Shown: piece by piece, positions 27,491 through 41,402 of the stretch
How positions within the stretch are numbered: position 1 is the first letter of the stretch
Layout: each line of letters opens with the position of its first letter
Assembly (NCBI GenBank): GCA_013265495.1
Contig: MU058221.1
Coordinates: 4,758,066 to 4,822,065 of the forward strand
DNA from: Vicugna vicugna
Taxonomy: Eukaryota
DNA length: 64,000 nt
Direction of reading: 5' to 3'
Position numbers and translations under genes: made by a program
The notes under the pieces: model-generated
Told to the model about the DNA's origin: nothing
Seen by the model: only the letters and a program-made list of their open reading frames with translations
Database searches by the model: none

Positions 27491-28267
27491 GTGCTGGTGA
27501 AGTAGGAATTGAAATGTAAGTTCTAGTCAATGTATCTACTACATGGACTTTTTTTTTCATATTTCCTTCTCCTTGATTTATTTACTTATTTGTTTATATC
27601 AGTATGGACACATGGATTTTTGTAATATTCAGTGGACTTTTTTTTTTTTAATCACTGATTTTGGTGCTCTGACTATCCCAGGTTTGATCAGTGGAAACCC
27701 CATCAGTTTCTTCTGTGTCCTTTTGACAGGTACCCATTGGTCTTTCTGGGTCATTCATTCTAGAACTGGGTATTACAGGCTCCTTGTGTACGCAGCCTAC
27801 CCCAGCCTCTGGAATCATCCATTTCTCCAAGGAGCTCTGGTTCATCTTAGTGAAGGATGCTGTTTGGAAAACAAGATCTGGGTGCTTGGTGGATTCACTG
27901 CTTCTGAAACAACACTGCTTCTAGGCCCCTAGGCTGACAAAGCATTTTTAAAGACTGGTGGCTATTGCATTGTACAGTGCAGATAAATAGATGTTTCTGT
28001 TATTGCAAAAAGGGAAAAGATGGGGTTACTAGAATTTAGGAGTTTAGAGGCCTCTACTTCCCTGATCCCATCTCTGCAGAGTTGGTACTTGTCCTTCGAA
28101 CAGTATGACAGCTAGTTGGTGATGAGAAAGCCAGAAGAGGCTGGTGCTGGAACCCCTGTGCTTCTGGAGGGATGCTTTCTGTCTCCTCTGTGACCTCCCA
28201 TTGGCAGAATGTAAGCCAGAAGCCAGCTGCCAAGGGAATATGAATAATTGAGTTGGCAAACCCTAGA

Positions 28268-28458
28268 CCATCGTTTCTCGACCTTAGCACTGACATCTTG
28301 GGCCAGGAGGCTGTCCTCTGCTTTGTGGATGTTTAGTGACACCCCAGCCTCTACCCAGTTGATTCCCGTACCCACCCCATCCACAAATGTTTCCATACAG
28401 GGCCAGATGTCCCTTGTTAGGGGTGAGCAGTGCAGAATGGCCCCTGATTGAGGACAAC
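28268..28458. mobile_element. MER20-like hAT-Charlie relic
   Basis: tttctcgaccttagcactgacatcttgggccagg...gatgtttag...cctctaccca...aaatgtttcca...gattgaggacaac. Confidence 0.65.
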
Positions 28459-31400
28459 CTCCTCGACCAGCATTGCAGGGAATATAGAAGGGCAGGCTTG
28501 GAGCTGAGAAACAGTAGTGATAACCAGTACCCGCTTTACTTCACGTGACCTTGAAAGGTGAAGGGAGGGAAGAGGAATTAACATTCATGTGCCTGTTACA
28601 GCCCTGCAATTAGAGATTAGCGTAGGTCCCTTTAGTTTAAACTCAGTGAAGGAATGGAGCAGACATGCAAATAATGTAACAGTTGAAGGTTTTTGAAGAT
28701 CTGTTAGACTTGAAATTGGTTAGCCTAGAAAAGAGGAGGGAACAACTTGATTCTTGTCTTAAGCTGTGCGAGGGGTTCCTGTGAGTGGATTTAGAGTAAC
28801 TGCTCTCTGTGTAGGAAACGTGGAAGCAAAGGACCTGAAGTTGTATTTCAGTGATTTGAAGAGAAGGTACTTGGGACAAAGAGCTGTGTCAGGGTCAGGC
28901 TGACTGTGGGGCTCTGTTGGACCCTCCGAAGTGGACCAGTTCATCTTACACTGCTGTTACTTGTTGGCTGTGTCTCCGTAGTTCTCTGCCACTCACTCTT
29001 CACACTGTAATAGAGAGGGCTGTCATACACAGACTGGGAATTTATCAGGAGTAAATATGCAGGCATTTCTAGTTCAAATACCATTAAACTGTATGTTTTC
29101 TGCACCCTCCCTATTCATCTTGTGGTACATTAAGGACTTCCAGTTTTCTTTCCCTTTCCCTCAAACTGTTGCAGAAAATCAGTTGAAAGGTTTTTAAACC
29201 ATAGGCAGGACATTCCAATGGGAGCAAATCCCATTTAGTATGTTTCACCCCTTAGTTGTTCAAAATGACATTCTTCTCTCTCACAAATAAATGTAGGCTG
29301 TCATTCCAGGCAAGAAGTCCCCTCCTGCTCTTCGTGCTGCTTGGCCAAGTATAGGATGGGAAGGTACTGTAAACAGCAGCTTGATCCATGTCCCGGGGCC
29401 CTCTGGTACAGTCTTCACACTGTCTGCGGGTTATCTGGCTTAGCCAGGTGATCTGCTGTGCTTGGGAGAACTCATTCTGTGAACGCTTGGCTTGAAACTC
29501 GGTGACTAGTTTATACTTTAGCAAGAATTAACAAGCACGGATTATAGAATCCATCTCTGGGACCAAAAATGTTGGTTTTACTGGATAATTTCACTAGGTC
29601 AAGTACTTCACCCATTTATACCTCAGTGTGAAACCAGCCGTCCTGTCACCTTCCATGCTGCTTTACAAGTTGAGATGGATGGGGGAGTTTTGTCCACATT
29701 GGAGTTTTTTTTTTTTTTTAATGAAACATTTTAAACGTGTAGAAAGAAACAAGACTTTGCAAATATGGGCAGATTCCAGTTTGTACCCTTTCTTGATTCC
29801 ATTCTGTTCCCTTCCTTTTCTCCCTCCCTCCAGAGGCACCGCTTCTTGGAGCTGGTGTGTGTCCTTCCCGTCCACGTTTCAGTAGGCTTTCCACATGTGT
29901 ATGTGTCAATAAACTACAGAGGATTGTGTTGTGTACTTTAAAATTTACATAAGTGGTTCCATGTAGTGTGTATCCTTTCACAGCTTGTTTCCGTGGGGAC
30001 CACACGTGGTGACAGTGGTTTGTTGGAGCACGATGTTGTAGAGTTTCACCATGTGATTGTGTCGCGTGTCCTAGGTGGCTGATTCCCGTGTCTGAAGATG
30101 TACGTATGCCAGATTTCCTTATATGTTTAAAAAGACCAAAAATGAAAAATAAAGTATGTATTTGAGAGTCATATCAATATTCTGCTGTGATTTGAAAGAG
30201 TGAGGCCTGGCATGTGTCTAGCTTACTGAAATCTTAAATAAAGGTGATCGTAATGGTTTTAAACATTTCCTAATATAGGTATAGGACATGGATTTTCAAA
30301 AAGTTGAGAAAACACTACTCTAGAGTAAGAACTTGCGAAGGGAGTGACTTTGTAGAGATGTGTTTGATTATCAACCTCTGGAAATAAATAAATATATTAA
30401 CACCTGCCTTGAAAGTAATTCCTCAGCCTCAAGGTTTCATTTTAGAGAAGTTATATGATTGGTAAAATTAAGGTCTCTCATAAAGAGTTAAGGGAAGAAG
30501 AATAAACATGATGTTCGATGTATATTTCTATGCCTTAGTAAATAAAAAGTGGTAAAGACACCACTTCTGAACAAAACCCAAACCAGAGCTACTGCTTTTG
30601 GAAGGCTGCTTCAGTGGGTAACCCTCCTCCTCTGTCACTGTCACTTAGTAGCCGTGTGCCTTTGGGGCAGGTTGCTCAGCGCTCGGATGCCTCAGTTCAC
30701 TGTCTGTAGGAGAAGAGCAGCCGCTGGGTGACCAAGCCCTTAGCAGGTGCCTGGGCATCCAGGCCAGTTCCGCGAGAGCTGGTTATTGAGGGAACGTTGC
30801 TGCGCAGAGACGATCTGATGCAGTCTCCTGTCATTTTATACCTTTTTTAAGGGTTTTCATTTTTCAGGCCAGCCCCTGTAGGTTTGAAATGTAACTCTTT
30901 TTTTTTTTTTTTTTTAGTAGTATTCCCCTTTACGAGTCTCTGCCAAAAGGTCACGTGATGAGCAGATATTTTCGTAAAGGAGTCACCTTCTCTGGGGGCA
31001 CTTGTCTTTTGGGAGGGCCGGAGCTCTCTGCCTTGCCCTGTAGACCTGCCTGGAGGGTCTTCAAACAGAGCAGTGGTTTCGGCTTAGTATATGTTGTTTA
31101 AAGCAACGAAATGGAATTGCACACGTATTGAAAATACTGACATTTTAGGTTTGGTTTTTACATGTGAAACTGTTGACACAAAACTGGCTGACAAGAAGTC
31201 TGTTTCCCACCAATAACCCCCTCGTCCCACAGCTGGCGCCCTGCGCCCCGGGTGGATGTTGCCGGTGGGGACTGACGCCTGGAAGCACTCGCCGCGGCGT
31301 TCTCACTGACTCGGTTTTCTTTTCTTCTACAGGAAGCAAGCACCTGCTGTTCAGTCCCTTCTGAACACCCCTGCTTTCATCATTCAGTCATTCTTACATC

Positions 31401-33542
31401 AAGAAGTCTGTCCCAGACACACGTGAATCCCCGTTTCCCTGCTCCCTTTTGAGCTCTTACCTAATTACACTCATAAAGTGTCCTTTTCTCTTTTCATGCA
31501 CTCCCTTCATTCAGCAGATGCTCACTGAGTTCCTGCTCTGTCCCAGGCGTTCCTCGCGCACCTCCTCTTCCTTCGCTTAATGTGTGAGTCAGAAACAGTC
31601 CTAATCACGGCCGAGTGTGATGGTGGATTGAGTAATACAGAAGCTTCTCTACGTCCAGATAAGAGGTTCTGAAAGGCTGCTCCCGAGCTCATTCACGAGC
31701 AGGTCCATTGTTGCCGAGACAGGTTTCTGTGCCCAGGCCAGGCGTGTGTTTCTACGAACTAAGAGTTTGGGGCAGTTCTTTAAAACCAAGCAAAGCAACC
31801 AGTTGTTCCAAAATGGATGAAATCCCTCTACATTGATAACTTTTAGAGATGAACTAAACTTCCCTCTTCGACAAAATGCATAAATATAACGTCCCACCCG
31901 TGCCTTTCTGTTCACTTTTTTGGGCAAATATGAACTAGTTTTGAGTCATCCATAGCCATGAAATCAGTTTTATTGTAGTTTTCAGCTGCCTCATGACTCT
32001 GTTGTGACGATTAATAAGATAGATACGAAAGCTGTCTGGCGCACAGTAAGTAATGATGGACGTTGCTACTGTTACCTTTGGGGTATTAGCTCTGTGTAGC
32101 GGAGACCTTGGCTCATTCACTGCTGTGTCCTGGCACCTGGTAGGTTCTTCATAGTGAAAGCACAGATGGATGCTCTTTACTGTTACCAATCCCCAGACTT
32201 GTAGAATTCCAGTAGGAAACAATAAAAGTGGAAAGCGGAGTCCCAGTACAGAAAGTGTTGTTTTAGATTGCCGGAAGTGCATCGCAGGTTCAAGCCAAGT
32301 CTGCTAAGTGTGAAGACCAAACCTATTTGCCAGACTTCTTGTCCCCTCTACCCTCGTGTCCCTCTCCGTCACCCACGTCTCTTTCTTCTGATTCTTGCCC
32401 TTCCCGGCACTGCACCCTCACACCCTCGTCCTTGTTTCTGTTTCTCTGCCCCTGGAATCTCTTTAACTCTAGATCTTTTCCTGAACAGTATGTTTCTATG
32501 AGTCTGTCTACCCAGTTTGCTCCCTTCTGAGTCTCTTCCTTTCCCATATGGCGTAGGTTAAAAAAATAAACGTGCATAGAGTTACATGTGTATTTAATTG
32601 GGGGGGTCTGTTTCTAATTTTAAAAATATTGAAGTAGGGCTTTTTTTTTTTTTGAAGAATGACTCTTAGAGTTACTTTACCTTTGCGAGGCATGCTTGCT
32701 TGTGTTCTCCCTCTGTGTTTCCCTCATAGAAGCGGGGAAAGCTTTCTACTCCTGATCTAGGCCCCCAGCTTGTGACGCATTATTAAATTTCTTCAGTTCC
32801 AACGATTTTGCTTCTAGAAATATCTGTTGACCATCTTCTTCAATTCTGGCTACTTCTGCTTTTCATTGAGCAGTTCATTTCTTTAATTGCTTCTGTGTTC
32901 ATCTGAGATCCTCTTCCAAACGTTGCATGATTTTTCAGCCACCTAAATGCAAAAGCCTCTCTGGAAATTATCCTTATCACTGTGAGGTTATTCTGGTGGA
33001 TCAGTTCTCAACATTAAGATTTTTCTATAGCACGTACACACACACACACACTTCCTTTTGTTTTTAAAGTCACACTTATTTAGAGATACATGGGGCTGAC
33101 GAGATAGTTCACTGAAGTATAAAAAGAGGGCCTTTTCTCCAAATTACAGGGCAGCTAAAAGTCAAAATAGATTGTCAGTGGCGAATGCTGAGTAATCCCA
33201 GGGCTTCAAGTTCCAGGTGGAGCCTCTTCCTGTTGTGTTCTTTTCACTGTGTATCGGGACACATAGCTTTCCCTTTACTGACCTTCCCTTCCCACCGCCT
33301 CTCTGCTCCCCACCTAGAAATCCGTTGAAGCCGAAAGAAAAAGCTGTCACGGTACGTGAAGTAAGGATTAGGGGAAAAAAGAGAAAAGAAGAAAAAGCTG
33401 TATCAACCCTTGGATTTTTCTTTGAAAAGATATATAAATGTGTATGTAGCATGTAATGTTATATAAATAAACCTTTATTTTGGAATTAAGGGGGGAAAAG
33501 GACTTTTTACGTATTATTTCAGTGGCTTTTTAAACATCTGTT

Positions 33543-33557
33543 CCCACTAGAGGGCGT
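33543..33557 (+). promoter_or_regulatory. Candidate CTCF site
   Basis: CCACTAGAGGGCG fits the CTCF core CCASYAGRKGGCR. Confidence 0.45.
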
Positions 33558-35304
33558 TCTGTCCTTTGGTTTTAGCCCATGGCTTCTGTGTACTTATTCC
33601 ACCACACGGCTTAAGGCAGAGGTGAGCCTTGAGGGAGTGAGTGTGCTCAGGTGCACCTTCCGGAGACAGCTGTTGTCAGACACACTCCGTTCTTTTCCTG
33701 CCAGTTTCGCGTGTGCCAACGTCAAAATTGAGGTGAAACCATTTCGCAGCATTTCTGTTCCTCTTGTTAGGTGAACTCGATCAGATGGGGAATCACAAAC
33801 ATCCCGCCGTAACTTTGAGACGTCGCTTGTGCTCATTGCCGTTTCACGGCCTAGCGGTTGTCTGCGTTTATCTGTGGTGCTGTGTGGCTAGAGCTCGGCT
33901 GTTCAAAGACGAGTCACACATTTTGTTGTCTGGTTGACTCAGTTTTTGCAGGGGGCGTATGGTGTAGGGTAAATGAAACCTCCCAGTTTTTTAAGTCCAG
34001 GAGATCTTTGTGTTTTGAGTGGGAAATCTGGGGCCTTCTCAAAGCTGAATGAGACTGAGAAGTTCCTAGTGGGGGCAGGGGGCTGGGCTCGCTGCTGAGA
34101 AACTGGGAAAGCCCAGCCTGCCTCTGCTTTTATCCAGAGACCCTGAGCTGCTGTCGCAGACGGAGGCGGTGTGGACTCCGCTGCTGAATGAGGTGCTGGC
34201 TTCAGCTTATGATGCCAGGTTAGAGCTGTTCCAGGCTGCATGGGAAACTGCGTGGTAGGACGTTTCTGCTTCCCTCACTTCTCACTCACGGTACAGTGAT
34301 CACCAGAACCAGCCAGTCCTCTGGCACACTTGCCACCATGGATTGCTACAGAGTTACTCTTACTTACCTTGTAAGAAGCCCTGCTGAGAACTTACCTGAC
34401 GTAACGTTGAGTGGTATGTCTGAAGTATGTATCTGTGTTTGAAATAATGACCTTGAACCGTAAAAGATGAGGGTCTTTCAGTGTTGAAGAAGTTAGAAAA
34501 CATACATTTAAGAAGTGATTCCATCAACAGCAGTTCGTAATTTGTGGAAAGAACCCCAGTTTCTTAAAGGGCTGACAGTTGCTGAACTCCAGCTGATCTG
34601 GAGATGAAGACTGACACACTCCCATCCGCCCCTCAGCAGAGCCCTGAGCATTTAGATCAGGGCATCTTTGCCTTTTATCAGACAGGTGCAGCAGGCAAGG
34701 GCCGTCGCCGTCAGCAAGTCCCGCTGAGAGTCGCTGAGGATCCTGCGGTGTTGGGCAGTATCGCCGCCTGCAGTCCTCGGGCTCAGTTCATTTCGCCTTG
34801 TCGGTAGGCGTCCCCACCACAGAAAGCAGAGTGAGGCCCACAGAGTAACGTCAGGTGGGCCACGCCAGAAAGTGACTGTTCAAAGCTGAGCTTACCCTTC
34901 TGGCACCTTTCTGGCTCAGCTCACTGCTACGTGCTGTTTGACAAAGTTGCTGCACTCTGATACATTAAGCTTGCAATTGTGAATCTAAATGGATACTTCC
35001 CCCCTTTAATACTTTCAGTGCTGTGCTTAAAACATGGTCATGTTGGAAGCTATTTTGAATAAGTGAATTTTGAATCATTCCATCCTTCTGCTCAGGCACC
35101 ATGTTTTCAGTGGCACTTCCTTTGCCCGCACTGATTATCCTTTTCCGCTTTATTTGTCTCCATAGCACTTACCTGTATCAGTAACTTGTTTTATAGCTTT
35201 GTTTTTATTCCTGTCTTCACCCGCTGTTCTGGGCTATCATTCGTGCTTTGTTCATTCTGTAATGGACTGTTGACGGCCTTTGGGTTGTTAACAGCCTTTT
35301 TTAT

Positions 35305-37025
35305 TTTCAGTTGCAAAAGCTGCTGTGAACATTGTCTTACGTTCTTCTAATGCACACGGGCAAGAGTCCCCAGGAAATACATTCAAGGGTGAAACTGCGG
35401 AGTCGTAGGAGTTGCACATGTTTAACTTGACTAGAACGTGAACAGAATGTTCAAAGCGGTTGTGCTGAGGTGTGTTCCCGCCTGCTCCTTGTCTTCTCTG
35501 GCCCGTGACACCAGCAGACTTGTCGGACTTCGCCGCGTTGGCAGACGTGAAACGATACCTCCTGCAGGTTCCCTTTGCGCTTCTCTGACAGCCGATGAGA
35601 CTGAGCGTCTCTCCAGGCGTTTGTTGGTCTTTTGTGTTTGTTGCTCTTAGAGGCGCCCATCGAGGTGTTCGCTCATTTTTCTGTTGGCTGTTGGTCATCT
35701 TCTTACTGATTTGTGAGAGTTCCTTAATGCATTCTGTATACCTAACGTTTGTCTGCCACGTATGGCACATTTGTCACCAGTTTCTGGGCCTCTTCTTCCC
35801 ATCTCTCTAAGGCATTAATAAGTGAAGGAAAACTCTTAATTTTAATATCGTTGAATATTTCTCATTATGATTTGGGCCGTATGTGTGGTGTGTGTGTTTT
35901 AAAAAATTATTTCCTGTTCTGAGCTCATAAAAATATTCCCCTGTATTGTCTTAAGAGAATTTTTTCATTTTCCTTTTACGTTTGTCTTTAAATCATCTGG
36001 AGTTGATTTGGGGTGGGGAGGAATCTGGAAGAGATCCCGTTTTCTTTTCCCCGCATGTGGATGGTCACCTGTCCCAGCACCATGTATCACCTACTTCCTC
36101 CGCGTTTCCCCGCTGATCTCTAGTGACCTTGCTGTCGTGGAAGAGACTTCCCCGTGGGAGCATCTGTTTGGGGGCTTTCTATTCTGTTCCTTGGGTCAGT
36201 CTGTCTGTCCATGTGCCAGCACCACGCTGTCCTAATTACTGTAGCTTTATCACAGCGCTTGATGTGTGAAGCAAATCCTCCATCTCGTTATTCTTCAGGA
36301 ATATTCTGGTTATTCTTGGCCCTTTGCAAATTGCATAGAAATTTGAGTCAGCTTACCATGTTTCACAAAAAATTCTTCTGTTTTTTTTTTTTTAAATTAG
36401 ATTTGTATTGAATCCACAGATAAATTTGGGGGAGAATTGATCTTTTATTATGTTGAATCTTCTAGTCAGTGAGCCTGGCATTTTTATTTTTTTAAGCCCT
36501 GTGATGTCTTTGAATACATTTTTACTGATTTACTTCATAAAGGGCTTCCTGTCTTTGGTTAGATTTATTCATGGGCATTTTTTCAGAAATGTTGCATATG
36601 ACATAATTTTTTATTGTGGTAAAATATGCATAACATAAAATCTGTCATTTTAACCCTTTTGCACGTACAGCTCAGTGGCATTAGTGCACTCACTCTGCTG
36701 TGCCGTTATCACCACTGTCCAGCTCCAGAATTCTTCCATCGTCCCAGACTGACACTCCTTAAACAGTACCCTGCGTTCCGCCTTCCACCCCGTCTCTGGT
36801 AACCACTATGTTACTTTGTTTTTGTATGAATTTGGCTAATCTAAATACCTCATGTAAGTGGATCATAAATGGCATTTTTTAAAATAATACACTTGTGTAT
36901 TTTTTTTTGGAGTGAAGAAATCAATCAATATTTCATGAATATGGGTTTAGCAACCAAAATACTTAATTCTAATAATTTAGCTGTATTGGAGTTTTTTACA
37001 TGAACAAGCACATGACATGTCAATA
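35305..37025 (-). mobile_element. Old L1 (L1M-class) fragments
   Basis: gctgctgtgaacatt..., gtcccagcaccat..., ttactgtagcttta..., plus a separate L1 3' end at ~36605-36870; boundaries approximate. Confidence 0.7.
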
Positions 37026-37921
37026 AAAGGCTTTCCTATTACCAAACCTGCCCATTGAGTTTTAAATTTTAATTAATCTTTTACTATCTGGACATTTGGT
37101 TCATTTTCAGATCTGTTGGTTGCCCCGTCTTTTCAAGCTCCTCTTTTATTTCGTCTGAACTGTTAAGTATTATTTGATACTCAGTTCTGATGTAAACTCT
37201 TCGCCAGTCTGATTCTGCTATCTGTTTTCTGCTACTTCCTTCTGATGCTGTTTTGTGTTTTGTGTGTATTTTGTGTATGAATTCTCATTCCTTGGAATTT
37301 TATTTCTGCTTCATGCTTGGTGGCAATGCTCATTTAGGACCACTTGAAATTAAATTCTGGACCTGAGAACCATGTGGTAGTGTGAATTTGGGGTAGGCAG
37401 GGATAAATATATGAGGACAGTTTGGCAGTCTAAAGTGGGCTGTCCACTTACAGGAAGTCTGGGGTGGTGTGTGGCTCTGGCCCTTCAGGTGTGGGTATCG
37501 TGGCGTCTCGTGCGTGTTCAGACGCCCTGGCGTGGCAGACCTGGGTCCTTGCTCCCTGCGCTTTGCCCTGCAATGCTGTGAAGATCTAAGTTCAGGTTTT
37601 TCCGGACAGTACCCACCTCCTGTGTAGTGATTCCAGGTACCTGTTCTTCTGTCACTTGGTTTTTACTGTTTTGCTAAATTAAGACATTTAGAAAGTTGTT
37701 TTACATTTTATCAAACATTTTAAGTTATTTTCATTAGGAGTGTAAATCAGGGTAATAAATTCACCATATTGTTGGAAATTCTCATAGCATTTTATTATAT
37801 TATTTCTAGTCATTTTGGAAAGGAAATGTGGGGTTAAATGTACACCTTTAAAAATCTATAAAAATGAAAAGGAGAGGGGCCTCTTATAGTTGCTAATTAG
37901 TGATATTTCTTTTTTTCATAG

Positions 37922-38089
37922 GTGTCAGCTGTGATGCATGTTTAAAAGGAAATTTTCGAGGTCGCAGATATAAGTGTTTAATTTGCTACGACTACGACCT
38001 TTGTGCATCTTGTTATGAAAGTGGTGCAACGACGACAAGGCATACGACTGACCACCCGATGCAGTGCATATTAACAAGGGTAGATTTTG
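37922..38089 (+). CDS. KCMF1: KCMF1 coding exon 2 (ZZ-type zinc finger)
   Basis: ttttcatag|GT acceptor and TTTG|gtacgt donor; 168 nt encoding (G)[55 protein letters not shown], the KCMF1 ZZ domain. Confidence 0.98.
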
Positions 38090-38424
38090 GTACGTATTTA
38101 ATTAAACCTGTAGTGAACCCTCATTTAGAATTGTGTGTGTGTGTGTGTGTGAAGAAGTAGAGGCACAATGCTCTAAAATTGTCCCCAGTAACCGACACGA
38201 GGCTCCAGATTCATTAAAAATAACATGAACCTTTTGTAGTCTAAGAAATTATTTCTCTTAATCGTAGTTAATTTATGAAAGCCGTTCAGAAATAAACACA
38301 GCTGGCAAGGTGTGAAATGGAAGAGTGTCACACGCAGTAAAGAAGGAATAAAGTTTAAGCTGTTCTTGCCAGCAGTGCACACGGGCTGTCGCTCTGGCTG
38401 CCGGGAAGCAGAGTATTCCTGCAG

Positions 38425-38440
38425 CCCACTAGAGGGCGCC
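38425..38440 (+). promoter_or_regulatory. Candidate CTCF site
   Basis: CCACTAGAGGGCGC is a full match to the CTCF core, in a locally CpG-rich patch. Confidence 0.55.
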
Positions 38441-38499
38441 GTCAGCGCGTCAGAAAAGCTGCGACTCGTTCCTGCTGTGGCTTCGTGCCTGTTCAGCAC

Positions 38500-39277
38500 G
38501 AGTGACTACCTGTCGTTTTGATTGCAGCCGTCCTAGTGGGTGTGAAGTCGTGGTCTCTTGTGATTCGCATGTGCGTTTCTCTGATAGCCAGTGATGCGGA
38601 CCATCTTTTCTTGTGCTGACAAGCCGTTTGTAGACCTGCTTTGGAGAAATATCTGTTCAGGTCCTTTGCCCATTCTTTAATTGGGTAATACATCTTTTTA
38701 CTGTCATTATTATTATTTTGTGTATTCTGTGTACAAGTTCCTTACAAGTGGATGATTTGCAGAAATTTTCTCCCATTCCGTGGATTGCCTTTTCACTTTC
38801 TTAATGGTATGTTTTGAAGCACAAAGTTTTAATTTTGATAATGTCTAGTTTATTTTTTTTGTTGTGGTGGTGCTTTTGGGTGCCTAATCCAAGATTGTGA
38901 AGATTTAAAACTGTTTTTTTCTAAGAGCTTTGTAACTGTAGTATTTAGACTTAAATTTTTGATCCATTTTAGGTTAATTTTTGTATGTGGAATGAGGTAG
39001 AAGTCCAGCTCCATTCTTTGGCAGATGGATATCCAGTTGTCCCAGCATCATTTATTGAGAAGACTATTCTTTACCTAATGAATTGTCTTTGCATTCTCGT
39101 TGCAAATCAGTTGGGGGTGGGAGGTGGGGAGAAATTAGGGTGATTGTTGGTCCAAGGGTACAGAGTTTTGTTATGCAAGATGAATAAGTTCTAGAGATCA
39201 GAAGTACAGCATGGTGACCATAGTTAACAATATTGTATTGAATACTTAAAATTTTCAGAGAAGGTAGTCTTAAATAG

Positions 39278-39313
<36 letters not shown>

Positions 39314-40290
39314 GGTAACTATGTAGGGACGATAGAGATGTTAATTAGCTTGATTGTGGTCATCTTTTCACAGTGTGTACAAATATCAAAACTTCAAGTT
39401 TTATACCATAAATATATACATTTTTTATATGTCAAAGATGCATCAATAAAACTGTTCAAAAAGCAAATCAGTTGACATAAGTGTCAGTTTTTATTTCTGG
39501 ACTCTCATTCTGTTCTGTTGACTTATATGCCAATACCATAGTGTCTCAATTATGTAGTAAGCTTTGAAATCAAAAAGTGTGTGTCTTCCATCTTTGTTCT
39601 TTTTCAAGATTATTTGGGTGCTGTAGACCCCTTGAATTTCATGTGAATTTCAAGATCAGCTTGTCCAATTTCTGCAAAGGAGCCACCTGGGATTGTGGTA
39701 GGGATTGTTTTGTATCTGTAGGTGGGTTTGGAGAGCAACAATATTAAGTCTGCCAGCCTATGAACGTGGCCTGGCTTTCTGTGTATGTGGGTCGTTGTTA
39801 CTTCTTTCAGCGAAATTCTGTAGTTATCAGAGGGTAAGTTTGACGTTTCTTTCAGTAAATGTATTCCCAAGTTTTCTATTCTTTTGCTGTTGTAAATGGA
39901 ATTTTTGTTAAGTTTCACTTTGGATTATTCACTGCAAATTACACAAAAAGAATTGGTTTTTGTACACAGAGCTTAAATCTCGTGATGTTGCTGAACTCGT
40001 TTATGAGCTCTAGTTGCGTTTAGTGGGCTCCTTAGGACTTCCTACATAGGAGGTCATGTCATGTGCTCCTAGAGACAGTTTTACTTCTTTTCCATCTGGA
40101 TGTCTTTCATTTCGTTTTCTTGCCTGTTTACTCTGGTTAGATCGTCCAGTAAAGTACTGAATAGAAATAGCAGGAGTGGACAGTGTTGTCTGGTTCCTGG
40201 TCTTAGGGGGAGAGCATCCGTTCTCTCACCAGCAAGTATGGTGTTAGCCGGGGGCATTTGTAGATCCCCTTGTCAGGTAAAGAAATTCTT
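38500..40290 (-). mobile_element. Old L1 (L1M-class) ORF2 fragment
   Basis: Minus-strand ORF remnants PIKEWAKDLNRYFSK...DHDFTPTRTAAIK, ENLGIHL; ggacagtgttgtctggttcctggtcttaggggg. Confidence 0.85.
39114..39462 (+). mobile_element. L1 3'-UTR fragment (L1MA-like) nested in the older L1, containing (CA)n
   Basis: gatgaataagttctagagatc...tacagcatggtgaccatagttaacaata...caataaaactg; 12-bp TSD gcaaatcagttg at 39102-39113 and 39463-39474. Confidence 0.88.
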
Positions 40291-41262
40291 CCCCCTCTTT
40301 AAAAAAATATATATATTTAGCCCCACCTACCCCCAAATTCACCTGACAAGTCTTAAGCACATAATAAATGGTCATATATGTATGTAATAGGTAAGTATTT
40401 TCAAGATAGTCTGAATCTCCCTGAAAATGAATGTGAACAAACCTATCGTGTCATGAACACTTTCTTTCCTTTTCTCCTCTCACAAAAATGATCATATCCT
40501 CTTAAAATTAGGTATTTGTTTCATTTTAAATCGTGAGATAGTTCTTTGTAATGAAGTGACATAACATATTAAGTATATTTTCAATAGTATTTCCTTTTGT
40601 GCTACTAATGGAGAAAAATAGACTTGTTCCTTGAGATGTGATAATCAGGCTAACAGGTGATTCCCACAGACTCTCACTAACTAACTGCTCAGGTCTTCGG
40701 TAACCAAACTGGGCAGAGTATGTTGTGGTAGTTGGTACCCCATTCGGGTTAGCATTCACAAGAACTGAATGCCTAGGGTCCTTCCTGCGACAAGAGTGCT
40801 ATGTTCTACAGACAGGTGGCTGCATCTCGGAGTTGGCATATTGATCATTGTCATCTGAGCACCTGGGTTCTTGTCTGTGAAATAGCCTGCTGATTCTTTG
40901 CATTAACATTGGTGTTGCCACAGCATATACAGAGGTGAAAAAATAAATTACAATAACATTAGAACCAGATGTGAAATCAGAGATGTTTCAAAATTAAATG
41001 AAGGAATAAAAAGCCGTTTGCTTTATTTTTCTCCTAAGGCTAAATTAGCAAGTGGAGAAGAGTGCCACAGAGTCCCTGGGAGAAGGCAGGTGTTGCAGGT
41101 GGAAGCAGAGAGGTACCCCCGTCAGCACTTGGCAGTGAGGGTGGCGGGGGAGGTTTCAGGCACACCTCTTTTTCTACATTATTGTACCATGTGATTACAT
41201 TTCTGTATATTAAAAATGATAAAAATGACTGTTTCTCAGTGCAGCGCTCCTCTGTTTTTCAG

Positions 41263-41402
41263 ATTTGTACTATGGTGGGGAAGCTTTCTCTGTAGAGCAG
41301 CCGCAGGCCTTTACTTGCCCCTATTGTGGAAAGATGGGCTACACGGAGACGTCTCTGCAAGAACATGTCACTTCTGAACACGCAGAAACCTCGACAGAAG
41401 TG
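41263..41402 (+). CDS. KCMF1: KCMF1 coding exon 3 (C2H2/Di19-type zinc finger)
   Basis: tttttcag|AT acceptor and GTG|gtgagt donor; 140 nt encoding (D)LYYGGEAFSVEQPQAFTCPYCGKMGYTETSLQEHVTSEHAETSTEV; phase matches exon 2. Confidence 0.97.
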
